Assembly (NCBI RefSeq): GCF_964355755.1
Contig: NC_092671.1
Coordinates: 8,432,001 to 8,496,000 of the forward strand
Length of the DNA stretch: 64,000 bases
Source: Antedon mediterranea
Lineage: Eukaryota; Animalia; Echinodermata
Reading direction: 5' to 3'
Below are positions 23,958 to 36,359 of the stretch, piece by piece. Position numbers and translations under genes: made by a program. Position 1 is the stretch's first letter. The number at the start of each line of letters is the position of its first letter. The notes beneath the pieces are model-generated. The model was not told the DNA's origin, searched no databases, and was given only the letters and a program-made list of their open reading frames with translations.

Positions 23958-25965
23958 TGTAAGGATGTGGACGACAACACAAAAGGAAAAACACGCCTTT
24001 TCTCACTTTTACCACGGTCCGGTGGTGTATTTGGTTTTAATTTGTTTTTAGCATAACAATAGAGATCAGTATGGTCCTGAAAACCACATAATAAATACAA
24101 TGAGAAACAAAAGTAAATAATATTCTAAAATACAAGCCAATTCTTAGTAACGACCTCAACTTAACAGGCGACTCTAATAAAAAGGATTCTCTCTGAGGAC
24201 TGCGACTATTACGTCAAACGGCACGTCTACCTAAACAGCCTCTGTATACTTTGTTAGAGTATACAAATACCTAATTAATTACCTACACAATTGGGCGCTA
24301 GTTCCGTTTCGCACCTGTTTTTATTTCGACTTCCTTTTGACTCCAAATTGTTAAGCAGCTTTATTGTGAATACTACACCTTAACATTGGGCCTCATAAGT
24401 ACTTTTATGAAGAAGAATCACATAACAAGTAACAAATAAATCCTTAAATTGATGATTTTACAGACATGTTTCTCGCATACCGTTCGCGAATTTAGCATAC
24501 TCGAAGTTCAATATTTTCGTTTCTATGGAGCGCCAAAAGAGCAACAACAATAGATGGTTAAAACCTCAGTGGAATGCGTCTTCTTTTAATGCATTTATTA
24601 TTGAAATACACGTTTAATTTTAATATATTTTGTCAATAAAAATGCTGTAACATTTTACTGCTAATAATTTGCTATTTTCAAATAGCAACCAACCCTAGGC
24701 CTAAGAGTAAGACTAAGACTAAGAGGCATATTATTTAGATTAAGGTATACCTCCCCTAAGTACATGTAATATGATGATGAATTTGTCGATTTTCATTCCT
24801 AAAAGTTCCTGCAAAAACCATGTACAGTATCAACATTAATATTTTTGTTGCATTAACATTGACAAAATATGATAAAATTGAACGTAATTTTGACCAATAA
24901 ATGCATTAAATATACGCAATTTACTGAGTTTTTAGCCCTCTATTATGATTGCTCTTTTGGCGCTCCATAGAAACAACAACATTGAACATGGAGTTTGCGA
25001 AATTCACGAACCGATGTGCGAGAAACACACGTCTGTAAATTCATAAATTTAAAGGATTTGTTTTTTACTTTTTGTGTGACCTCCTTCGTAAAAGTATTTT
25101 TGAGGCCTAATTCTAAGGTGTGGTACTCACGATAAAGTTACTTAACCAATTTTGAGTCAAAATAAACGACAGGTGCGAAACGGAACTAGCGCCCACAATT
25201 GCATCATAAGTGCCTGAATATTACTATTATATTACTAGAATAAATGCATGTTGGAATTTACTCACACTATTTGAATACTAAACTTAGTCTATTCATTGAA
25301 TCAAGGAGTTATAATCTTAGGTTTGTGTAAAATATATAAACAATAACAAATCCATGGGCGCAGCCATTTTGTATGATAAATAGAGGGCGCACTACATGAC
25401 GATCTATCACGAGCATGGTAGCCTCGTGTGTACAAATTAATCAAGTGTGAACTGTAGGATGAACTATTTTATACAAACTGTTAACTAGAAACTATCTTCT
25501 ATAAACTAAACATTACTAAATCTATCTAAACATATTTTGTTAATACAAAGAAGGTTTATCACAAAAGTATAATTATATTATAACATTATATGGCATAAAA
25601 TCCTAGTTCAAAGATTGTAACACAATACTATTCAATAGGCTTCCTAACTGCACATTCCATGAGTCAAGGTTAACCCAAAACAAATGTCTAGGCCTATGAA
25701 TGCAATCATCTTAAAATACAACATTAATGTTTCTTAAACATAACAGAATCTTATAAATGTATAACAAAGTAATATGTATAAAGTAGAGCAATTACCTTTT
25801 AATCAGATCTTTAATTAAATAAGAGACAAAACTATCTGCTTCCTTGACCGGTTCATGAATACAAAAGAAAGAAAATCATTTGAAAAAGACTGTTACAATT
25901 ATAGGGGGCAGCAACACCTATAGGGGGCAGTATTTAATTATCACATGATTAGATTAATCCCCACA
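23958..25965 (-). repeat. 5' LTR (about 1.1 kb natively, 2008 bp including the nested MITE)
   Basis: It shares both ends with the 3' LTR. The extra segment 24077-25795 is bounded on the minus strand by AAG|GTAATT and ggttttcag|G. Confidence 0.9.
24294..25193. mobile_element. Merlin-like foldback MITE (900 bp) nested in the 5' LTR
   Basis: Terminal inverted repeat GGCGCTAGTTCCGTTTCGCACCTGT / ACAGGTGCGAAACGGAACTAGCGCC, extending imperfectly for about 350 bp. 8-bp TSD CACAATTG at 24286-24293 and 25194-25201. GG termini with an 8-bp TSD fit Merlin; the family name is inferred. Confidence 0.85.
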
Positions 25966-28363
25966 TATACACCAGTTATTAATATGGATAGTAAACCGTT
26001 TTTATTTACCAACATCATAGAAATAATAATAAATCTATGCTAGCTTAGAAAGCATAAAAAAGAACAAAAGAAAACATTAATTTCGACTAACCATAATTTC
26101 TGTGATTTCTAGGCCTAGGCCTACTGCAAAACCGTAAACCAGCCAAACAAGATAATTGATGGTCACCTTGCGTACGTATTGGGCCATAGTCTCATCATAT
26201 CTTCTTGGCCGTGTAGAATAAGAAAATAACAAATAATAAGAACTTGCTTATTCAAATATATTCAGACAAATAGGCCTTATATTCATTAAGGTGACATCTG
26301 ATTCCTCCCTGGTTATAGTAGAGGCTCACTACCAAGTATTATGCTCCTCCCTTCTACGAATTTCAGAATTCCTATTACGTAACAAAATAATGAACGGTAT
26401 GCTTATTCATGCGGACACGTACAATGGCCTACTCTTCTGCATTTGCATATAAACGAGTAGGGCCTACAGTACTACAGTAGGCCTCTCACTCTATGTATTG
26501 AGGACATTCTTATTAGTACGGTAAGTAAAACCCTTTGTCAAATAGTTAGTCTATTCATTAAGGATATGAAAAAAACAACAAAATAGACACAATTCAGAAC
26601 AGTAAACATGTCATAATTCGTTCATATCCGTAGGCCTACAAGTTGCGTTTGTGCGTAATAACCTAACTTGTCCAAAGTGAGGAGCACCCTGTTACAGTAG
26701 GCCTATACTTGTAATCCTTATATCTTGTTTGTTTGTTTGTTTTATGTATATTTACTATTCAATCATAGTTTACTTGATCTATTTCTAAGTTTAGTAGTAA
26801 ATTGTGTACCGTAGTTTGGATAATAATAACATAATTCAAAAGACAACTTTATATTTTGATATTAGGCCTACTAGTTATCATTACACAGTATTGTAGTGTG
26901 CTTATTTTTTTCGTTTTGTTTGTTCTATGATTAATAAAGAAACGCATTATTTAATCAGACCAATTACAATCCGATATAGACACTACAGTAATATTATAAA
27001 TTCATGCAAATTATACACGATATAAAGCTATTAAAAAACAATATTCTACACGCTGAAGGTGCTACATAAAGTCAGTGAAATGCATTTGCCAATAGAAGAA
27101 CGGCCTCCCTAGGCCCAGTCAGTTCGTAAACTATTGATAATGTTCAGAACATTTAAATAATTGAATAACTAATGCTACTTCCGCTAAGATAAAATATTAA
27201 AAAATGATTATTTATGGGTGACAGTTGTGCTGTCTATAAGTCATTAATCGTTAATATGCCTATGTTTTGAATGAGTTTACTTGTTTTCGATAATACATGG
27301 GGCGCCACCAACGCCCTTTGTAATTGTTTATCGTTTTAATGCGCGGAAATATTACCTCCCATGAGTACAGCTCTGCGGAAAAGAAATCACGCTCGACATG
27401 GCATTGCAACAAATATAGAATCTATTTTGTCCCTAGTGATAAAGTATAACGCCTAACTATTAGTCTATTGAGGTTAGAAAACACGCCTGGTGCACAGCGC
27501 CCTCATTTCCTGCCAACTTGTTATAACTTTTCCATCAGTTTAAAACATACTTAAACAGATTTCCCAGTGTGTCACGCAGATGAAAAAAGCAATGATGGAA
27601 TTGACGTTTAGGCAGCGAATAACGTGGTGAAGTAAACCACTGGTTAAACAAGCCTTACTAGAAGTCAATCAACCAAAAATGTCATATCGGCTGGCATAGA
27701 AAATCTAAAAGTAATTCGTTTTGAGGATTTCCATAAACCGTTGTAGAATATTATACAAGCCATGTCTTCCCTAGGGTACGTGGAACATCATTGAAGATAA
27801 CAATGTATGGTCCCTAAAGATACGATATCCATGATTTCATTATACCAAACGTCTAGGCACAAAACGATTACAAAATAAGACAAGTTAAAAAGTGACGAGA
27901 AATAAAAATCAAAGTGCATTGTGAAAATCCAAATGTTGTTTTAAACTCTCTTAGGTAATTCCTTGACAAATTTGAAAGGAATTGGCGTTGTATTTTTCTC
28001 TGAGGTATAAAAAAAAAAAATTGTTCATGCTTGTTGTTATTGCCACAATCATAACATTGTTTTTATTTAACACTCGTCATCAATTTTTATTACTACATTT
28101 CTATTTTCTACATGACAAATCCATACAATAGAGAGAACAAACACATTACATTACTGAATTTTACAATATCGAACAAAATGGTTTACATGGTTTTAGTATG
28201 GAGGAATGGTTTTAGCTTTAATGATTGTTTAGAAACAAACTCGCTGTGTTAAAATTATGATGTTTAAGTGTGTTTTCCAATGGATGACATTTCCTTATTC
28301 TTGCGCGTTGTACTTCATAAGTGACAACGAGAAACACGTATCTGAGGTGTGAATGTGTCAAAC

Positions 28364-28399
28364 CATGGACCTATAAATTCTCTAATTTATAGGTCCATT
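28364..28399. mobile_element. 36-bp hairpin micro-element with a 7-bp direct repeat
   Basis: ATGGACCTATAAATT-ctct-AATTTATAGGTCCAT, flanked by GTCAAAC at 28357-28363 and 28400-28406. Confidence 0.7.
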
Positions 28400-31300
28400 G
28401 TCAAACACTGTGATAATGATATGTATTGTACCTGTACATAGATTTGTGTGGTGTACGTCACTGAAGGGTTGGTCTAAGTGTTTACCTATCTACGTAAATA
28501 CATAAAAATGACGTCATCATCTTTCACCTTCATCCGTGTGCGTGTGAATGGGCGTTTAATCTCAAATAAGACATTCTCATTATATAATTCCGTAGGCCTA
28601 CTCATCGTGAATGTGACACCTTCTAACATAGAAGGCGTGGCTAAAAGTTCTCATTAAATCATTAATATGACCTAATCTTTGGTGTGTTAATTCGTATACT
28701 TGTAATGTCACAAGCAATAAAACAATCACTAATGCAGGCCTCAACGACACAGTGCAGTGGACGTAGAAATTGCCACAATTGAGAAAAAACAGTCGATAAA
28801 AATGTTCCTAATTTTAAACGTTCTAGGTTCGAGTCAGGGACTTTAGGCTAGTTTGTAATGAGCCGTGAAATGGGTGATTATACTGATGTAATTAACTGAA
28901 ACACTGTAACGCCCTGTTTAAACTTTGAATCATTGAAGTGTCAACCCTGGTAACAACGTGGTTGCGTTGATTGAAGAAGTGTCCGAAACACGGATGAATT
29001 GGATATGCCTACAGACTCTCAATTTCATTGACCTTAAAATAACAATGGAACGATCTCTCCTCATTGTTAATTAATAGAAATAATAATTAATTAATATAAA
29101 AAATAAATCAAAATATATTTATTAACTATTTAAACATTTTTTCATAAAAGACGCGAATTTGTGCGAATTGAACATTCATGCGTTCTGATTGGTTGTTCAT
29201 GTTTTCGCATTGCAAAAAGTAGATGAAAACATATATATACTACGCATGCGCAAAAAACATTGTCTATATTCACGCAAAGGTTTAAAGTGGAAGTTCGGTC
29301 TCTGACAATGTCCACCGCAAACCGTATATCATTGTATAAAAATGATGCAAACATCGTCTATAGCCAATCATATCCCTAATCTTGTTTTCCTCTATAATAT
29401 TAATAATAAACTTTCCTCCCATGAGATGAGGGATGAGAAATATATGCCCACACACATACAACATGATAATAATGGTTTTAATAAAAGTTTATTGACTTCT
29501 TAAAGAGGCTATGGCAATACATGATAAGTCAGTAGACCGCTTGTTTATTCTCCTATTTCGTGCGCACTGCGTGGCAAACTATCACCGATCGCGCTACTAC
29601 GCGTGAAGCACGGGTGCGATGTATTGCAGACTATTTGTGTAGAGTATGGGCTTTATCAACAGGTGTATAATTATAATTTATTTAAATATGAGCAAACCAA
29701 CAAATGTAGCGACAGTTCGTGACAGAGCAGCTTTAAGTTTTGCGCATAAAAACCCATGGAGGTACCATCTACCCTTGGGATTTTCCAGATAATTTAATAA
29801 ATTTCCGTTATCTGTTTAATGTTGCAGAGGGTGCGGCTTGGTTCTGCACCTGCTTTGTACTCTTCGCGGCAGCTAATATCGCGGCCTTAACCTCCAAGAT
29901 TTAGTAACATAACTCCACACTCAAAATAAATGATAGGACTATTCAGAAAACAAAAATTAAAAATAATCAGTAGGCCTAGAGTAGATACACCTAGCAATAC
30001 AAAAGAAACTCAATAATCGATCAAATGTGTTTATGAAACTTGAATTATTGCGCACGCTTACCGTTGTTGATTAACGTGACATCATCACGTTGACGGATGA
30101 AAGTCCGGGGTGCAAGGTGAATGGTTACAGAGATGCGTTATAATGTACGACGAATATTCATTTGTTCGACCTGTATTAGATGATTAATGATTTGTTCGTA
30201 ATTTTTTTCCTGTTGTGGTTTGTGATTCATGAACCATAACACATACAGTCTCATCTTTATTCTGAAAGGTAGTTTGTATACATCAATAGCGCCCTCTAAG
30301 TTCAAGGTCAGTATTGACAGCGGAAACCAGAAGTAGGCTAAGGCAATACGTAGTCTTCATCGCTGAAGTGCGTCATGGTTTTTGAAGGATGGCAAACAGA
30401 ATCGAGAAAAAACGCATTGTCATGAACTCGCCGGACTGGTTCATGGCCGGATATGGGGCTACCGGGGGTTCGTACGCAGGTCGCCCATCCTGTGTAGAAA
30501 AAAGACGCCTGCTTACTCTCTTGGGGAAGCGGAAAACCCCTTATTTATTGGAGCTAAATTAGTGATCAACAAGTAAACCTGTTGCGGTGTGACTAAATCT
30601 CGAGTTCCGAAATGGAAAACACGGCTACCCCGGTACCCAACTGGTATTGCAATTTACAAATAACACGATGTCACCACTGAATTAGATTATGCTAAAATAG
30701 CTTGTTGTCCCGAAACATCATAAAGCTGTCAAATAAATGAGAATATCTGAATACTGATCATAGGAAACATTCACGGTTATAAAGGCCCAGGTTAGAACCT
30801 CTTTGACAATGACATAAGCCCGGTTAAGTACTCCCATACCTCCGTCAATACAAACCAATCCAAGCTGTACACCGTAATACGGATCCTGCTCATAAGTTTC
30901 CCTGTCAAAAACAATAAACCCGGTTAAGCTCCCTTTATGAAACGAGCCCGTTTCGTTCCCCTAGTAGTATATATAACACACTCAAAATCGCCAATAGCAA
31001 GACAGCTAAAAGTATAATTTAAGGAAGTTTTTTCATGAATCTGCTTATACAAAAACGTGCAATGTTTAATCATGTGTTATGACATGTCTTGTGATTGAAT
31101 TAAACTGTCCTCGTCCCGAAATTGGTTCTTTTCCTCGATGTTACAATTGAGAGTTCGATTCATACCACGCACGCAAATCGCTTGGGACAAAACTAACGCT
31201 CCTCTAACTTTGATCTTTCTATAAAACAATGTGATGGACCGGAGCAAATGACGTGTATTATCATAAATAGGCCTAGGCCTAATGGGTTTTTTTAAAGCAC

Positions 31301-31894
31301 GATGCGACAAAATCAAGGGTTTGGGAATTGGTGGTGTGCGAATAACATTTCAGGTATCAATTTCACTTATCTGGAATGTTAATAATCCCAAGCATAATAA
31401 TAATATAATATCTAATCGGCGATTAATCATGACTAAAGGTATTTATAATGCGATTAGATACCTAACTAAAAAATGTGTTTATAATAGTATAAAAAACAAT
31501 AGGGAATGGCAAATAAATTAAATCTGTAAAATACGATTTAATTACCTGTTTAATTATTACTATAGGCCTATTATTATTATTGTTTTGACATCGAAACACA
31601 ATTAATGACACGATATCTTCGACCTAATGAAGTTATTTAAGATTATGATCGATAACCGTGTCTCTCTTAAGTATTGGTAACCATGGAGTTATCTATTTTT
31701 TAGATTTTTCTGTTAATATTCTAAAATATTACGGTACCTGACTAGTTCTTACAAGCAATTCAGCATCAGGCTATAGGAGAAAATAGGAATAAGAACATCC
31801 AAGTAACCTGATGAAACGCGAACATAACAATGTTGGGAGCATGCCTAAAGTCTATAAATACAGTTTATTTAGGAATGTATTACAAATTACTTAA

Positions 31895-32225
31895 AGATGT
31901 ATTGTCCCCCAAAAGCATTCAAAATGAAGATTAATAAAATCATACTTTGAACAGGCCATTTTGTAGTTTTAACAAAGTTAATCACTTTAGTAGGAAAATA
32001 AACACGAAAAAATAATGTTTTCATCAATTATAAAATGACAAAATAAACTCAACTAAAAACTCATTGGCTGGAAGCCAATTTTAATATTTTATTTGTTTTA
32101 AATTACAGTTTTTTCAAGTAATTAAATTTTTTTTCGATCCACTGTTATTTCAAAGTTAAAAAAAATTTAAATGGCATATTCCTCAACAAAAATTTAAATT
32201 ATTTTTTCCGGGGGACAATATATCT
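31895..32225. mobile_element. Kolobok-like MITE (331 bp)
   Basis: TTAA TSDs and TIRs AGATGTATTGTCCCCC / GGGGGACAATATATCT (15 of 16 match). Confidence 0.8.
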
Positions 32226-33566
32226 TTAAACGAAAAAGGGCAACAAGTATCCCGCCTATCTAAACTCATTATTAAATGCTATTTATGTTTTTTAAAGAAT
32301 CATAATTATGACTGGGATTTCTTATTTCTGGATTTGTTTACTTCTAATAAAATTAATGATATCACTGTGATGTTTTAACTACATGAAAGTCTTCTCTGTG
32401 ACATCCCAGAACTGACTTTTATATCTAATGATAACATGTCCTAGAACCGAGCCCCAACAAAATATAGGTTTGTGTGCGACACCCAATGTCAAGTTCCCAA
32501 TTAACTAGGCGGTTCACAGTTAAAACATGTTCGAATAACTCTAACAATATTTTTCCATAATTCTCAACTGACGGATTCACCACAATGTTTAATTGTTTCA
32601 ATTATTGTTTGATACAGCACAGAAAACGAGTTATTCATGCTTTTAAACACGAACCAGATCACACTGACATTTAGCTACGCCTAACTTATTTGTCTAGTTA
32701 TATATTTTTTTAGTTTGCGCATCGTCTGAATTTAGAAAACCGCGCGTGTAAGGTTAATAGCCTCTGGGGCAGACAATCTGGATGTTGTCATCGGTGGACA
32801 AGCGTGCTATTGCAACCGTATGTGATTCATGCATGAGGGTAAGATGATGTGGCGATCGGATGAGAGAATTCTCACGAGTTTTATTCCAATAAACTTAACA
32901 TGACCTTAAAACATAGACCCTATCAATACAATTACTGATCACAGTCAAATAAGGAAGTTCTTTTAGTGGTGGTTAAATTACAATACAGTTCATCATTTTA
33001 TTACCACTCGTATTATGATAATGGTAAAGGTTTTTTTTCTTTATAACACATTTAACTATAATTTACAATTTAACTTTACATGACTTACATTCAATGCACG
33101 ACGTACGTGATTTATAAATTGAATTTGTATTTGATTCTTGAACGTTGCCCTCTATCGTCAAAAAAGTTTCAATGACCAATGAACGTTCAGAGGAAACTGA
33201 GTGATGACGTCATCAGAAATTGTGAATTCGTCACTTGGTATGATTAACGTACCTTGAAATCATGGACATTTTTTGGAAAAGCTTTGGGACGATGTGTTGC
33301 TACACGACCTTAATTTAAAAACGGTGTTAGGGGAGTAATGTTTAACACAATCTCCAAATGTATTCAAGATTTCTGTCTATACTATATAGCTCGTTTTGAT
33401 GTATGTAAACAGTACGAAAAACTGTAATGCATACGAAACATTACTCATATTACAATTCAACACTATTTATATACGGTCTTATATCATTATAGTTCATATG
33501 GTGTGTAGATAACTACTATACTATACTATAAAACCTCGGGTTTTAAAAACCACTGGTCTTCTTTTT

Positions 33567-33759
33567 GAAAAGAAGCCCATCTCGAAAAGATGGCCTGCAA
33601 TAGTAACCTCGAAAAGAAGCCCATCTCGAAAAGATGGCCTGCAATAGTAACCTCGAAAAGAAGCCCATCTCGAAAAGATGGCCTGCAATAGTAACCTCGA
33701 AAAGAAGCCCATCTCGAAAAGATGGCCTGCAATAGTAACCTCGAAAAGAAGCCCATCTC
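33567..33759. repeat. Perfect 44-bp tandem array (about 4.4 copies)
   Basis: Unit GAAAAGAAGCCCATCTCGAAAAGATGGCCTGCAATAGTAACCTC starts at 33567, 33611, 33655, 33699 and 33743 (partial). Confidence 0.95.
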
Positions 33760-34273
33760 TCAATCTTCTTTTTAAGATAGTAAGGGCTTCTTTTCGGGTT
33801 TTTATAGATATTGTCATTCCAAAAATATAGTTAACAGGCCTGCCTACTATTAATAATTTGTTTACAAATTTAGCATAAAAACAAATACAGTATTACCTTA
33901 CATTACATATAGCACTTTATTTTGGCCTGGTTGAATCGTTCTAATGTTTTTGATTTGGAAAAAAAAAACATTTCTGGGGTGAAAATATTGAAATATGTTA
34001 CAAGTGTGATCAGTGTGACTAAACAACTGAAATTTGAATACAGGAAATTCACTGCCTTGGAGATAATAATACCTTATATAAATGTTGGCAATGCTGACCA
34101 CTAATAACTTGTACAAATGGTTGAATAAATACATTGATATACTTTAGTTAACCATTGCAATCCTCTCCCAAATCTGGTTTTGCCAGAAAGAAATTACCGG
34201 AATAAATTTTTTCCAATCGGTACTTTTAAAATGGTGTACATTTTTATAACACAGAATAAACACTTATTTGCTG

Positions 34274-34419
34274 ATCTGTCTACACTATCAAACTAGTTGG
34301 AAAAAAAATTGATATGCCCAAATATGGTGGTGATATTCCCAAATATGGTAGTGATATGACATCATCATGTACATATATATGGGCATTTTTGTTACATAAA
34401 GTTTGTATACAAAGAGCTT
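34274..34419. mobile_element. Degenerate inverted copy of the 21931-22070 MITE family
   Basis: Shares TCTGTCTACACTATCAAACTAGTT and GCCCAAATATGGT(A/G)GTGATATGACATCA with that element. Confidence 0.7.
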
Positions 34420-34929
34420 TAAACATTAGCAATAAACAAGCGCAATCAGAGAGTATCTGGATGTTTAAAATAAAATATTATTATTATTTAGTTATGTTAG
34501 TTTTATTTGTAATACAAAAATCATATGAAAGGAGATCATTAATATCAATAAGCAAATTGTTCCTCCACTTCCCCAACATCAAGAGTGTGGTTACAAATAA
34601 ATTGACCGATCATATTGCTAATACAGTTCAAGTTCAAACTAACTTATCTTTCGTAATTACTACATTGTATTATATCGCAGCCTTTTCTTACTCTTTAACG
34701 AAATAAAGAGCGTCGGTCCAAAACAAGATACTGAAGAAAATCGGCCTAACAAACTTGTATGTTGAATTGTGTAGGCCCTAATAGCGATTATTTTGATTAT
34801 ATACTTATATTTTTTTTCTTTTTTCCTTGAATGCAATGACAATTTGTATTATGTCTTTCATCGTGATTGTCATTTCAAAAATTATAAATATTTTAACTTT
34901 CTTAATAATATTATTTATGTTTAATATTT

Positions 34930-35235
34930 TAAAAATATGTTGTTGACAACATTTTTCTGTAGGCCTTAAACGCTGTTTTTTTTTAATATAATAAACAATT
35001 TATAATGTATTAAACGTTCTTATTCAAATTATTAATTATTATATATTATATGAATCATTTAAAAGTAAAAGTAAACTATTCTAAAAATGTGTTGTTGAAA
35101 ATAATTTTCTGCAAACGCCATGTAATTCAGAAGTTTTTCTGTAAATTTGTGTTTTTTTTAAAGAGGATTAAGAATTTAAAATGTATTCAACATTCTTTTT
35201 TAAATTATTGATTATATATAAATCATTTAAAAGAT
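34930..35235. repeat. Diverged local tandem duplication, about 150 bp x 2
   Basis: AAAAAT(A/G)TGTTGTTGA...AATGTATT...AATCATTTAAAAG occurs twice. Confidence 0.65.
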
Positions 35236-36044
35236 TTCATCTTCAAAATATGATATTGATATTTCCAGTGATAGCCTGTTATATGAGCATATAGTCACTG
35301 ATTTCATTTTCATTTATTTATTCGACATCAAAAATGTCCTGGGAAACCAAAATCAACAAAGTCACCATAACATGTTATGTCTGGGGTCTCAGAAGAACTT
35401 AACTACTTATAATTATTTACCAATATTATACGATCTACATTTAAAAACATATAAAACAGGCCAAAAAAAAATAGCACACACTACCCGTAATAAAGATGAT
35501 ATCATTGTTAAAACATACATCAAATGATAAAACATCAATAGAATATGAATGATGAATTTTAACAAACGCACTGGCTGACAGGCAAATTAAATGTTAATCG
35601 TTGCTAATTTATTTATTATATTCAAACTATGGAGCGTTTCCTCTCTAATTTCGATAACAACATTAAGCAACAATCTCAAGTGTTGCATGCAGTGATTGTA
35701 AAATTGATAAAATGTTATTATCGCGGACAAAACAAATTTAAAATGGTGATGTTATTAAATAATAATAATTTTTATTGCAATATACTGATATTTTATTAGG
35801 AAAATATTAGCCTAATATCTAGATTATCTATTAGCATAGAGTCATAGATTACATAACTCCGCTATAGGTCAACCTCCAAGCCCCGTTTTCAAAAAGTCTA
35901 TTGTTTGTAATACTAAACTAAGTGTGGGCCAAACAGGGAGTCTGTAATATATTATGTACATTGTTGTATAAAAATGATGTAGTTTTTAGTTAGTGATTAC
36001 AAAAAGTCACAATTTGGCCGTTTATCCCACAGTCTAAAAGTGGT

Positions 36045-36359
36045 CAAGAATTAGGATCTTGGTCCGGAGTCATTTTGTAGCTATATCTGACAGTGGTTTG
36101 AATTTGGTGAAGACCATCTTGTAGTTTTGACTTACGGCCTAGTGAGTGTAAGATGAGTAAAATAATAAAGAGTGGTCCAGAATTAGGATCATAGTCCGGA
36201 TTTCCTCCAAAATGTAATGGAGTCTTCCGCGACAATAATAATTATCTGTGGTTGAAATTTGGTAAAGGTTCATCTTTTATTTTTGATGTTATCCTGCTAA
36301 CAGAGACAAACACGCAAGTTATATCGCTGACTAAAATAACTTCTCTGGCGGAGGCATAA
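36045..36359 (-). mobile_element. Helentron-like non-autonomous element remnant
   Basis: Ends in AAAATAACTTCTCTGGCGGAGGCATAA, the reverse complement of the TTATTACCTCCGCCAAGGAGGTTATATTTT terminus also seen near 55938. It has an internal repeated AGAATTAGGATC...GTCCGGA unit. Confidence 0.55.

Larger units (their letters stand above)
23303..25965 (-). mobile_element. Non-autonomous Ty3/Gypsy-like LTR retrotransposon with discordant LTRs
   Basis: TGT...ACA termini and a 4-bp TSD TATA at 23299-23302 and 25966-25969. 5' LTR is 23958-25965, 3' LTR is 23303-23592. PBS TGGTGTCAGAAGTGGGAT (tRNA-Leu-like) lies 3 nt inside the 5' LTR. PPT AAACAGGGGAG abuts the 3' LTR. A gag-like ORF start follows the PBS. 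Confidence 0.92.

Noticed and set aside
33521-33817. Repetitive ORFs and CRISPR-like appearance
   Set aside because: These are products of a spacer-less 44-bp tandem repeat in a eukaryotic context with no cas genes.
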